64,000 nt of DNA from Hormiphora californensis. Taxonomy: Eukaryota > Animalia > Ctenophora. This document shows, piece after piece, positions 14,601 to 27,005 of this stretch. Numbering within the stretch: position 1 is the first letter of the stretch; every line of letters starts with the position of its first letter. Made by a program: the position numbers and the translations under genes. Below the pieces are notes generated by a model. It had not been told where the DNA came from. It did no database searches and worked only from the letters and a program-made list of their open reading frames with translations. The DNA is taken from positions 3,162,001 to 3,226,000 of the forward strand of contig CM035356.1 in NCBI GenBank assembly GCA_020137815.1. Direction: 5' to 3'.

Positions 14601-15693
14601 ATGCACTTTCCATATAATACACACCTTCTTCCACCATTGATTCTTATTGTGCCTTTTCTCATTAAATATACCAGCATTTCTTTTGTATTCACCAGATCTT
14701 CATTTTACGATTTACCCCCCTCTGATCTTGCCAGATTTCATCTTCCCTACTATTTTAGTTCTAGCCCCTGCTAGAGCGTCCCCCTAACCCTAGTTGCCAT
14801 GGTTACCCTAGTTGCCATGGTTACCCTAGTTACCATAGTTACCCTAGTTACCATAGTTACCCCCTCAGGTTGACCGTGAAGCCTCCCAAGACAGAAGAAA
14901 AGGGGAAACTGATAACAGACTACAATACACTGCAGACCAAGTTGAGGTTGAGCAACAGGCCTGCCTTCCTCCCCTCAGATGGGAAACTAATCAGGGTAAG
15001 TGTGACGTCATACGGGAAACTAATCAGGGTAAGTATGACGTCATACGGGAAACTAATCAGGGTAAGTGTAACGTCATACGGGAAACTAATCAGGGTAAGT
15101 GTGACGTCATACGGGAAACTAATCAGGGTAAGTGTGACGTCATACGGGAAACTAATCAGGGTAAGTGTGACGTCATAATTGTTGGCAGTTGGGTAATCGG
15201 TGGATCAGAGCTGGAAGAAGAAAAAGCACTAAAATATCTCACGGGCGACCTTTTGGTAAACACATACCTGGGTACTTTTTGTAAGTTGGTCCCTAATTCA
15301 GTTGTTTTTACAGGATATCGAACGAGCATGGGATAACCTGGAGACTACAGAAAGGGGCGTGGAACAGCACCTCATGACGGAACTGATCAGGTAAATAAGA
15401 AGTGTTTGAACAGAACAAGAATTCAATTGTTCATACTTTATATTGCGAACACAGTGTCAGACGACTCAAGTAAAGTTGGGACTGTCAACTTAGTTACCAC
15501 CCACACCCCCTAACTGTAGTAGTAGTAGTCTCGTTATCAATAGATGCTCACCAGTTTTAGGAAAGGTATCTTTGTAAGCTGTCTTCTTGGTACTTGGCAC
15601 ATGGATAAATACTGGCTTTATTTTGGGCAAATACCGGCATACCTCCTGACAAACATGCGTACTCTCTGAGTTTCGTACTTGCCTCTCTCTCCC

Positions 15694-15725
<32 letters not shown>

Positions 15726-16745
15726 CCTCTCTCAATCGAGATATACACAGAGCTATGTTTGCTAAAATTACCATTTCTCTCTCTCGGACGCCCGCACAGC
15801 GTATACGTGTGAGACCTCCCTGCAATACATTTTTTGAATAAATATAAGTGAACTCCATTGCTCTTCAGTTACTTTTCTTGTAATTCGTCCGAATTGCTCC
15901 TTTCTACACAGCTAATTGCAGCCAGTATATGTGTGTGTGCGAGCCATGTGTGTTTGTGTGTGTCTGTTAGGTCGATTACTGGCGCATCAACGTGGCCATC
16001 ACGACTGATCCCTGCTAGTAGCACAGGGGTAGCTGCACAGCAGGTCTCTAGCTGTCTCTATCTCTGTCCTCTATCTCTAGCTGTCTGCCTCTATCTCTAG
16101 TCTGTCTCTATCTACTAATATGTCTATCACTGCATGTATTATAGTTTAAGTCACTGTAATTTCTAGTTAATTAACGTATCATTGTATCGCTCCTTCATCG
16201 TTTCCCTTTGAGATATCTTTATAAGATATAAAACATAAATGTTGAATAAATTAAATGTATGAAATTAAAAAGAGTTACTTTCTATTTTGTATTAAATGCT
16301 GCCGTCTCTCAGCAGAAATGCGATGAGAAGTGGTAATGGTCAGATCTTTATTTTCCATTAACTTCAGCCTATAGTATCATGTGTGTTTCTTCACTGTAAT
16401 TCCCTTTTAGCTAAATCTTTAAAAAAGATCAAGCATTTTAAATCCATAGATAATCTTATCCATAGATAATCTTATCCACCTCCAAGAAAAATGACTCCTT
16501 CAGCCTTCACCCGGGCGGGGAAAATCCGAATTAAAATACCTTGCCCTTTTTCCAGTGCAAATCCAATACGGCAAAAAGTCAGTGTTTTGAGCTCATGTTG
16601 GCCAATATCTTAGTCCGCCTCAGCTCCACCCCCTCGTCCCCCACCCCCTCATCCCCCCGCCCGCCACCCCTGTTATGCAGTCATGTAGTCTAATGTATGA
16701 AACTTTTCTATATCTCTCTATATCGCCCTCTATTCTCCCATCTCG

Positions 16746-16800
<55 letters not shown>

Positions 16801-19800
16801 CCCGCGTAGAGAATCGTGCTCAGAGTGTTGAAGGGTTGTTGTTTGAGCTTCTTTCCATAATACTACATACAACAGCAACTGTATGTGTATTTTACTTGCA
16901 CACTATTTCGTTCTGTCGACCAGTAATGTTAGTTTACCCGACTATTAGCATACATTATTCAGATAAAATAGTACTAATATTCAATGAATATAACTTGCAG
17001 CATTTTAGTACACATCCTATGTGTAACTCTTGTTTTGCGTTAGAAAGTACACCTCTTAGGTTATGTTCCAGTCATTACTAGATTGTACCACATAGTGGAC
17101 AGGAATGGGTGTCTACCATATTCATCCCAGACTGGCTAGAAAGTACGTCGTAAATCCTCCCAAACCCCACCCAATCTCCCACTCCTCTCCATCTTCGCAT
17201 CTCCCGCCCCAGCCAAACACCCCACCCGGCCCCGAATTAGTATTATATGCGAATGGCATCCTAACAATCATTCTACCACTCCTTTCCCACAGGTTGGAGC
17301 GATTGGAGCACCTGTTCGCCCACCCCTTCCTCCCTATTCCCGGCCCCACCACCCCTTCTACCCCACCACCCCCAACTACTACCACTCCTTTCCCACAGGT
17401 TGGAGCGGTTGGAGCACCTGTTCACGCGGTTCAACCAGAAATGTGACAGTCTGGCGGCATGGGTTACAGATGCAAAGGCGTTCTTTAGACGAGACAACGT
17501 TGCCGAATGTGATCTTAACGAGCTGCTGGTAATCCCAGTCACACCTTGTTACCAAGTTTACCACGTTACCATGGTTACACTCATGACACGTCTTCATCAC
17601 ATTCATGACACATGTCATCGTCACTCACAGTTCAGATCACTTCCAGAGTTAGTACGATTGACATTCATTTTATTTCTCTTTCTTATAACACCCTCTATAT
17701 CACCCCCTCTGTATCACCCCTCCATATCACCCCTCCATATCACCCCCCCCCCCCCCATTTATCACCCCTCTATCACCCCCCCTCCATATATCACCCCTCT
17801 ATCACCCCCCCCCCCCCCTCCATATATCACCCCTCTATCACCCCCTTTATTTTACCAGGGTAAAATCAAGAGTGACGATGCCTTCGACACGGACATGGGT
17901 GTGCACAGAGAACGACTGGATCAGATCACTAACCTGACCCAAGAGATGGTAACCCAGGGATTCAGCCGGGCCTCAGAGGTAGCTGCCCGGGCCCAGGCCA
18001 TGAATGGGCTCTGGGAGAACTTGCTGGTGGCGCGGACACAGCACAGGGAGGACTTGGAGAACGCGAGGGAGACTCAGGAGAAAATCGATATGATGAGGCT
18101 GGAGTTCGCCAAGAAGGCTAATGTGAGTGTAGTATAGTTGGGACCATATATGGTCATGGTTGGGGCCATATGTGGTCATGTTGTATAGTTGGGAGCATAA
18201 TGTGTACACCATCAATAGAAATGCATTTAGTTCATTCTTCTTTGTGGACTAAACGAGAATATCAATTATTTTCGGGGCTGGAATATCAAGGGAGCCAAGT
18301 AGCAGCACATGAACTTTAGATATAATAAATTCACCTACCGATCCCGTGTCTCACCTAACACCGCCCCATGAACCAACTCCCCATCCCTTCCTCAGCCGTT
18401 CAACAACTGGTTAGAGGGTGCCCGTGAGGACTTACTGGACACATTTGTGTGCCACAGTATAGAGGAAGTGAACTCGCTTATCACTGCTCACGAGGAATTC
18501 AAGGCTTGTCTTCCCGAGTTCCACCAGATTTTCATCGACATTCAGGTAAACAATATAGTTGCATTGCTCGCCCCTATTTTACTAAAACTAGTAAACTAAA
18601 ATGGTAATAAAGGAAGGTGATCAGACATTTGGTAACGAAATTGCCCCTCGACGTGGGCGAGTGAATTCGTAACCAAATCGATAACCACCACAAACAACCA
18701 CCCCCACAACTAAACTACACACCCGTCTGGATCAGCAGCAGGCAGTTTTTTAGCTTAGGTTGATGACTCTTCTGGTGCACCGTGGCCACAAACAACCACA
18801 ACTAAAGCACACCCTCATACACCCTAAATACACCCTAAATAACCCCTCAATAACCACAACTAAAAAACACACTCATACACCCTAAATAACCCCTCAATAA
18901 CTAAAAAACACACCTCAGGCCCAGCAGCAGGAGATAGACGTGGTAGCTACATTTGGATGTAACCCCTACACTAACCTTGACGTGGATGCCCTGGGGAACA
19001 GATGGAATGAATTGCTACAGCTTATACCCCAGCGAGACCAACTCCTTCAGGTACAGAGAATAGGGAGGGGAATAGGGAGAGGCTATTTTACACAAAACAT
19101 AGCTAAGAACTGCCAGAGATGATGAGAGTGGCCATGCTTCGCGTGGGGGGGGGGGGGGTTCAACCTATAAGATATATTGTAATTGTAACTCCCTCCCCCG
19201 GCATCGCACTGACAGTCCCCAGCAGCTGATATATATTTAACTCAATGACGTCCCCCCAGGATGCGCTTGTAAAGGAGGAGAGGAAAGATGAATTGAGGAA
19301 AACCTTTGCTAAGCAGGCTAATTGGTTTGCAAACTGGTCAACAGAGGAACAGACAAAGATCAGCCAAAGCACGATGGGCCCTGACCTGACGCTCAATGAA
19401 CAACTCACATATCTTGGTATGTGCCAAACATGAACAAACTTGAACAGCCCCAGCCCCAGCTGTAACAAGTACCGGGCAAGTTATATTAAAACCAGGAACC
19501 GACCGAATCAGGAAATACTGGTCCCTGATTGGCTGATAATCAGTCACGTGACTTAAATAACGAGTTCTGATTGGTTGTTTACTTGTTTCGGTCGGTTCCT
19601 GATTAAAACACATGTGCAGTGAGCTCACACACACCCACAACTCTCCCAGGTGAATTATTGGAAGAGGTGGAGAGCTACAAACCTGTTTACGAGGAGCTGG
19701 AGAACCTTAACAAGAAGATTCAAAATGAGGTTATCTTTAATAATCCATACTGTAAACACACCATGGAGAGTCTCAATGTTAGCTGGGACGAACTACACAA

Positions 19801-22800
19801 CTGTGAGTGGGCAATAACACAGCGAGGGAATGGGGGGGAGGTGGAATGTGGGCTGGGTGCACAACTGTGAGTGGGAATGCCGAATGGGGGGAATGAGGGG
19901 AGTGGCTTATTATTGGTGGATTGGGCTTCACAATTACCAGGGTGTGAACTGCATGTCGTGTTTGCTAGTCGCGAGCGCACTTGCGAGACAAGCAAACACG
20001 TCAAGGTTCATTAACAAGCATGCTGCTCAGTCATTTTAGATTTAATACACAATGTAAGGATACCATGTAATAGGTGAGACTCTTGCCGTCACCCTCGTTC
20101 AAGTCCCGTGAAAAACGGAGCAGTACACGCAAACTGATGCCCATTTTCCTCGCGTGACCCCGATTCAGCAGTTTGAGACACCAACTCTTTAGGGGGCCAT
20201 ATCTCAGGAACCAGACAAGATAGGAAAAATCGCCGTCTAATGAGGCGTACAGTTTTTAATCTAGTTTACCACTGTACCGGCCGTTTCACTCTCCGACCTA
20301 AAACAAAAATCGCAACCCCACAAAACTTCAAAATAATGAAATTCGCATCTCGCATGTCGTGTTGCATGTCGTGTTGCATGTCGTGTCATGTTATTGACGC
20401 GCTCGCGTTCAACTCTCACACAGCAGCTGCAGAACATGGCGGGAAACATCGAGGAGTAGAGAGAGGGTCGGTGCCGAATCAAATATTTCTTGATCTTGAT
20501 CTACTCCATCTCTCAGCTATCCTACCCCTCATCAACTCGATCTCTCAGCTACCCTACCCCTCATCTACTCCATCTTTCAGCTACCCTACCCCTCATCTAC
20601 TCCATCTTCCAGCTACCCTACCCCTTATCTAGTCCATCTCTCAGCTACCCTACTCCTCATCTACTCCATCTCTCAGCTTCCCTATTAGGGAAGCATAGAG
20701 ATGGAAACGATTAGGGGTAGGGAATCCCTATCCATAATCGTTTCCATCTCTATGCTTCCCTAGCCCTCATCAACTCCATCTTTCAGCTACCCTACCCCTA
20801 ATCTAGTCCATCTCTCCGCTACCCTACTCCTCATCTACTGCATCTCTCAGCTACCCTACCTCCCATTTACTCCATCTCTCAGCTACCCTACCTCCCATTT
20901 ACTCCATCTCTCAGCTTCCCTACCTCCCATTTACTCCATCTCTCAGCTTACCTACCTCCCATTTACTCCATATCTCAGCTTCCCTACCTGCCATTTACTC
21001 CATCTTTCAGATACCCTACCTCCCATTTACTCCATCCCTCAGCTTCCCTACCTCCCATTTACTCCATCCCTGCCTCCCATTTACTCCATCTCTCAGCTAC
21101 CCTACCTCCCATTCACTCCATCTCTCAGCTACCCTACCACCCATTTACTCCATCTCTCAGCTTCCCTACCTCCCATTTACTCCATCTTTCAGCTTCCCTA
21201 CCTCCCATTTACTCCATCGCTTACCTTCCTTACCTCCCATTTACTCCATCTCTCAGCTTCCCTACCTCCCATTTACTCCATCTCTCAGCTTCCCTACCTC
21301 CCATTTACTCCATCTCTCATTTATCCTAACATTCCTACCCCTGAGAGATGGAGTAAATGGGAGGTAGGGAAGCTGAGAGATGGAGTAAATGGGAGGTAGG
21401 GAAGCTGAGAGATGGAGTAAATGGGAGGTAGGGTAAGCTGAGAGATGGAGTAAATGGGAAGGTAGGGTAGCTGAGAGATGGAGTAAATGGGAGGTAGGGT
21501 ATCTGAGAGATGGAGTAAATGGCAGGTAGAGATAGCTGAGATATGGAGTAAATGGGAGGTAGGGAAGCTGAGAGATGGAGTAAATGGGTAGGTAAGGGTA
21601 GCTGAGAGATGGAGTAAATGGGAGGTAGGGAAGCTGAGAGATGGAGTAAATGGGAGGTAGGGTAAGCTGAGAGATGGAGTAAATGGGAGGTAGGGAAGCT
21701 GAGAGATGGAGTAAATGGGAGGTAGGTAAGCTGAGAGATGGAGTAAATGGGAGGTAGGGTATCTGAGAGATGGAGTAAATGGCAGGTAGGGAAGCTGAGA
21801 TATGGAGTAAATGGGAGGTAGGAAGCTGAGAGATGGAGTAAATGGGTGGTAGGGTAGCTGAGAGATGGAGTAAATGGGAGGTAGGGAAGCTGAGGGATGG
21901 AGTAAATGGGAGGTAGGGAAGCTGAGAGATGGAGTAAATGGAAGGTAGGTAAGCTGAGAGATGGAGTAAATGGGAGGTAGGGTATCTGAGAGATGGAGTA
22001 AATGGCAGGTAGGGAAGCTGAGATATGGAGTAAATGGGAGGTAGGTAAGCTGAGAGATGGAGTAAATGGGAGGTAGGGAAGCTTAGAGATGGAGTAAATG
22101 GGAGGTAGGGTAGCTGAGAGATGGAGTAAATGGGAGGTAGGGTAGCTGAGAGATGGAGTAGATGAGGAGTAGGGTAGCGGAGAGATGGACTAGATTAGGG
22201 GTAGGGTAGCTGAAAGATGGAGTTGATGAGGGCTAGGGAAGCATAGAGATGGAAACGATTATGGATAGGGATTCCCTACCCCTAATCGTTTCCATCTCTA
22301 TGCTTCCCTAATAGGGAAGCTGAGAGATGGAGTAGATGAGGAGTAGGGTAGCTGAGAGATGGACTAGATAAGGGGTAGGGTAGCTGAAAGATGGAGTAGA
22401 TGAGGGGTAGGGTAGCTGAAAGATGGAGTAGATGAGGGGTAGGGTAGCTGAGAGATCGAGTTGATGAGGGGTAGGATAGCTGAGAGATGGAGTAGATCAA
22501 GATCAAGAAATATTTGATTCGGCACCGACCCTCTCTCTACTCCTCGATGTTTCCCGCCATGTTCTGCAGCTGCTGTGTGAGAGTTGAACGCGAGCGCGTC
22601 AATAACATGACACGACATGCAACACGACATGCAACACGACATGCGAGATGCGAATTTCATTATTTTGAAGTTTTGTGGGGTTGCGATTTTTGTTTTAGGT
22701 CGGAGAGTGAAACGGCCGGTACAGTGGTAAACTAGATTAAAAACTGTACGCCTCATTAGACGGCGATTTTTCCTATCTTGTCTGGTTCCTGAGATATGGC

Positions 22801-25623
22801 CCCCTAAAGAGTTGGTGTCTCAAACTGCTGAATCGGGGTCACGCGAGGAAAATGGGCATCAGTTTGCGTGTACTGCTCCGTTTTTCACGGGACTTGAACG
22901 AGGGTGACGGCAAGAGTCTCACCTATTACATGGTATCCTTACATTGTGTATTAAATCTAAAATGACTGAGCAGCATGCTTGTTAATGAACCTTGACGTGT
23001 TTGCTTGTCTCGCAAGTGCGCTCGCGACTAGCAAACACGACATGCAGTTCACACCCTGATTACTGTGGGTGAACAGCCCGGGAATGGGGGGGGGGGCACC
23101 AGGGGGGCTTCATAACTGAGTCTATGTTCTTACTAGGGCCACAGCCTAAAGATAGATGTTAGATGGACCTTCTATCTAACCTGAGTTTCACTACTTGACT
23201 AATTCCCCCCTTGTCCAGCCGTTGCAAGGCAAAAGAGTGCGGTAGAGAACCAGATCTTAGTGCGAGACAGTAAGGGAATTAACGAGGAACAAGTAAGGGA
23301 AATGAAGGGAGCTTTCGACCACTTTGACAAGAATGATGATGGAAGGTGAGACTGAATTATATATCGTTGTTTATCTTATTAAATGGCGAGAGAATTTATT
23401 GCACCCGGGCCCGTGTCCATAGAATGAGAACCATCAATTTGCTGTTAGGCGAGGTCTGGTTACAATATGTTGACCCCCAATCCCCATCCCATCCCCTTCT
23501 CAGGTTGGATCACTTTGAGTTCAGAGCGTGTTTAGTATCTCTTGGTTACAATGTGGACACTGAGGAACATCTTGTTAATCATAACGTATGTATTTCAGTT
23601 GATTTGTTAAGTGAGGACCACCTATGTATATTCATTTGGCAATATATGATAATACCCTTTTTAAAAATCCATGAAAAGTTAACACACAGTTTTACAAAGT
23701 TTGACAAAGTAACCATGACAACACACAGTTTGACAAAGTAACCATGACAACACACAGTTTGACAAAGTAACCATGACAACACACAGTTTGACAAAGTAAC
23801 CATGACAACACACAGCTTGACAAAGTAACCATGACAACACACAGCTTGACAAAGTAACCATGACAACACACAGCTTGACAAAGTAACCATGACAACACAC
23901 AGCTTGACAAAGTAACCATGACAACACACAGCTTGACAAAGTAACCATGACAACACACAGTTTGACAAAGTAACCATGACAACACACAGCTTGACAAAGT
24001 AACCATGACAACACACAGCTTGACAAAGTAACCATGACAACAGTTTGACAAAGTAACCATGAAAACCACAGTTTGGGCAAAAAAGGGAACCTGGGCCAAA
24101 ACACAGCTTGGGAAAAAATAAAACCATGACAAAAACACAGCTTGAAAAGTAACCAAAAAAACAGGGGTTTTTCAAAAAGTAACCTTTCAAAGTTTACAGT
24201 GAGAAAGAAGGATGCAGTCAGGGGTTTCCCACTCCCGAAGGGGGAGTCAGGGCAGACCAGGGAGGGCAAAAGGCCCGGTCAGCGAACCAAACTGAGAGAG
24301 AAACTCCTTTGGAAAACCCAAAAAGACCAGCGTTACAGTGACAGATCATCGGGAAAGGTAAAACGGAACCCTAGACTTTTCAAAACCCAAAATAATTGCA
24401 CCCAATATACCCCCCAAAAAAGACAAAAAAATCCCGATCCCCAAAATTTCCCCAATTTGGCCCTCACACACTTTTATCCCCCACGCCGGCAGAAATTTGG
24501 GAGCGACCCCGAGGCTTTGGGGGGTCTCCAATGGGTTTACCCCGGGTAGACTGGGCAGGTCAATTCCGGCCTTTGGCCCTTTTTGACCCCAGGGGGGCGT
24601 TTTGGGTTTCTGATAAAAGCTGAACAAAATTTATGCCTTTATTCCGAGGTTTTTTGCTTGGGGGGGCAAGGTAACAAGCTGCCTCAAACAGCTGCTGCTG
24701 CAAAACAAAAATTTTTCCAATTAAATTTTTCCCAAACTTTTTAAAAGAATTTACTTTTCACTAAAAAGAATCCCGGAAAAATCAAAATATTTTTACACAA
24801 AGGTACATTTTCCTCTCCTTCTCTTTTCCCAAAATACTTTTTTCCTCTCCTTTTCTTTTCCGGGGGATTTAAATTTACCCCTCTTCTCTTTCCCGAGAAT
24901 TTTTTTACCCCTTTTTTCTCTTCCAGAGGGTACATTTTAAACCCCTCCTTCTCTTTCCGAAAATACATTTTACCCCTAAATTCTTTTTCCCGGGGATAAA
25001 TTTTTTCCTCCTTCTCTTTCCAAAAGATTTCATTTTTCCTTTTCCTTTTCTTTCAGAGATACATTTTACCTCTCCTTCTCTTTCCAGAGATACATTTTAC
25101 CTCTCCTTCTCTTTCCAGAGATACATTTTACCTCTCCTTCTCTTTCCAGAGATACATTTTACCTCTCCTTCTCTTTCCAGAGATACATTTTACCTCTCCT
25201 TTCTTTTCCGAGATTAAAATTTTTCCCTCCTTTTCTTTCCCGAAAATTTCATTTACCTTCCTTTTTTTCCAGAGACCAAATTTTTCCTCTCCCTTTTCTT
25301 TAAGGGGGGTTTCATTTTACTCTCCTTTTCTTTTCCCGAGAACATTTCCCCCTTCCCCCCCTCTTTCCAGAGATAAATTTACCTTCCTTTTTTTCCAAAA
25401 GGGAAAATTTTTTTCCTGCTTTTTTTCCCCGAGAAATTTTCCTCCCCCTTCTCTTCCAGAGGGGGATTTTACCGGAGGGATCAGAAGGGGGGCTACCAGA
25501 TAAAACCCGGCAGGTATGTATTGGCCCCGGATTTAACCCTACCCAAAGGGCCCCTGGGGTTGGGGGCACTGGATTTCATTTTCATTCGGCCCAAACTATT
25601 TTATGGAACAGAGCGACCTTTAA
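2167..25623 (+). CDS. ACTN: Alpha-actinin (CH1-CH2 actin-binding domain, spectrin repeats, EF hands), multi-exon
   Basis: Phase-consistent GT-AG exons: 2167-2256 ([12 protein letters not shown]), 6619-6723 ([12 protein letters not shown]), 7403-7532, 13144-13270 ([14 protein letters not shown]), 13426-13547, 13713-13891 ([17 protein letters not shown]), 14149-14258, 14869-14995 ([15 protein letters not shown]), 15314-15390, 17399-17528, 17859-18122, 18396-18545 ([13 protein letters not shown]), 18919-19050, 19260-19416, 19650-19802, 23219-23345 ([18 protein letters not shown]), 23504-23585. Degraded exons follow at about 24493-24670 and 25460-25623 (YGQSDL-stop). The CH1 C-terminal exon was not found. 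Confidence 0.95.
2930..3425. repeat. CT/GA microsatellite tract (similar tracts near 4090, 7870, 9540, 11570, 16750, 28150, 48370, 49430, 53320, 59480)
   Basis: Long (CT)n runs visible directly. Confidence 0.95.
4286..4632. repeat. 35-bp minisatellite, about 10 copies, in ACTN intron 1
   Basis: Unit acagtgggacagacagcaacattttgtaagtacaa; explains the repetitive ORFs at 4060-4741. Confidence 0.95.
6736..6844. mobile_element. 109-bp hAT-type MITE, copy 1
   Basis: TIR caggaaccga.. / ..tcggttcctg; 8-bp TSD gttaataa. Confidence 0.9.
9298..9366. mobile_element. 50-70-bp hairpin micro-repeat family with TTGGTTACGAA-like ends
   Basis: ttggttacgaaataa...ttatttcgtaatcaa. Related copies at 18629-18676 and 48680-48729; half copies near 29891 and 58814. 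Confidence 0.55.
11962..12849 (+). CDS. Intronless six-EF-hand calbindin/calretinin/secretagogin-family protein nested in an ACTN intron (about 10 frameshifts, probably sequencing errors; pseudogene not excluded)
   Basis: Stitched frames give [98 protein letters not shown]. This matches the hexa-EF-hand calbindin layout including the PxEENxL linker. Confidence 0.8.
14981..15177 (+). repeat. 33-bp tandem repeat x6 spanning an ACTN splice donor
   Basis: Unit gggaaactaatcagg|gtaagtgtgacgtcatac. Confidence 0.95.
19493..19601. mobile_element. 109-bp hAT-type MITE, copy 2
   Basis: Same TIR; 8-bp TSD attaaaac. Confidence 0.9.
19938..23058. mobile_element. 3.1-kb foldback element (long inverted arms with inner 32-bp tandem arrays) in an ACTN intron
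   Basis: Termini cagggtgtgaactgcatg / catgcagttcacaccctg; ATTAC on both flanks. Mirror ORFs 20240-20632 (+) and 22364-22756 (-). The array changes orientation at about 21320-21340. Confidence 0.9.
23682..24065. repeat. 29-bp minisatellite, about 13 copies
   Basis: Unit acacacag(t/c)ttgacaaagtaaccatgaca. Confidence 0.95.
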
Positions 25624-26930
25624 ACCCCGGGGGCTTTTTATTTTAAATTGGGTTTAAATGAAAATTTAAAGGGGGCTTTGTTTGAAAAGGAAAGTTCCAT
25701 GATATAAAGGGAACCCGGAGATCCACCCTCTTTTCCCCCCTTTCAGTTAGAAAGAAAGTCAGGTTTCCCAAAAATTAATTAAAACCCGGGAAAACCCCGA
25801 CCGAAGGGGGTGTTTGACAGGGGACTATGAGGGCGTTTTCACGTGGAAGAAAGTCCCCCCCGGGAGTGATGACCCTGGGCACGTGTGCAATGACGTCACG
25901 TGGAACGTGTCTAATGACGTCATCAGAGAGACCCGATATCCGTGTGTTTGTTATTGCGTCTCTAGATTTCTACCGTAAGCTTGTATACTGTTTCTGACGC
26001 CTGTTCGTTCTTACAAATCATGATTTAGTAGATTGAGTTATAGAACAAGTTATTATTATTATATGATCTGATCTGGGGCAAAACTTTTTACTAAAAGTTA
26101 AAAGGGGTGGGCAAATCCATATAAAATTCCCGTTTGATTTTTTTATCTCCTTTTTGATATATTATAAGGGAGTAGAAAATGAGGGGTTTAGTAAGAGGGG
26201 AAACGGGGCTCTATTTTGTCCAATGTGTCCCTTAAAGTTATTTTGCCGTATTATGGGGGCCGTATGAGCCCTCAAAATCAAATAAACAGAGTTTTGACAG
26301 AGTTTGAAACACTATGTGAAAGAACGGTTAACTAATATATGAACCGGATCGTGTTCAGCAGGTCAAAATCCCAATACACGTCCAATTCAGTTGAACACGG
26401 GTTCAAAAGTGTTCAATTAGTTCACCGTTCTCAAAATAAAAACAGCAGATAATTTTGGGGCCAAAATTAAAACAGACGTCGGTTGTATAATAAGTTACAG
26501 ATAAACTGGTCCAGAGTGGGGAGGTGTAAAAAAGGTAAAGGCTAGGTCTACAAGGGAGGGGGTTTCGCTTAAAAAAAATGCATTTTTTCCTCCCCAATCG
26601 GAAACCCCCGTTCCCCCAGGCTTTTAAAAAAGATAAATTAAAAACTTTTGGTTGGCCCGCGGGTCCGGCAGGGCCTCCCCCTCCTGGAGCAGCCGGGGAC
26701 CAAGGGAAAAAGGGGAAAACAAAAAGAAAAAACCCGGGAAAATGGAATTTAAAAAAGGTAAAACTAAAAAAATTTTTATTCGAATCTACCCAAAAACAGA
26801 ACCCCCAAGGGGGCCCAAATTTCCGCGTTTTTAAACAAAACCCCCTTAAAAATAGGGAACCCCCTCTTCCCAAAAACCCCTGGGAAAATTAAAACAACAA
26901 TAAAAAAATAAACGGAATTTTGAAACCCAC
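24060..26930. other. Largely low-quality, homopolymer-inflated sequence (assembly artefact)
   Basis: Inflated A/T/G/C runs corrupt recognisable ACTN terminal exons and a 31-bp repeat; about 26560-26700 is a corrupted copy of 26975-27100. Confidence 0.8.
24800..25460 (+). repeat. 31-bp tandem repeat containing a 3' splice-acceptor motif before the last ACTN exon
   Basis: Clean copies at 25069-25200: cctctccttctctttccagagatacatttta; flanking copies degraded. Confidence 0.75.
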
Positions 26931-27005
26931 ACTTATTAAAAAACTATAAGTACAGATACAAGGTAAGAGCTGTGGAGATTTCGCTAAAAAAAGTGTCTTT
27001 CTCTC

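Noticed and set aside
20505-22495. CRISPR-like repeat array
   Set aside because: Head-to-tail 32-bp units with no unique spacers, eukaryotic intron, no cas genes.
23579-24269. Three overlapping Cys-rich minus-strand ORFs
   Set aside because: Translations of the 29-bp minisatellite.
24142-25623. Alpha-actinin as a pseudogene because of corrupted 3' exons
   Set aside because: Corruption is confined to the low-quality block, and the 17 upstream exons I located are intact.
26403-26930. Apparent tandem duplicate of the TOMM20 last exon and Lys/Phe-rich ORFs
   Set aside because: Homopolymer-inflated low-quality copy of 26975-27100; most likely an assembly artefact.
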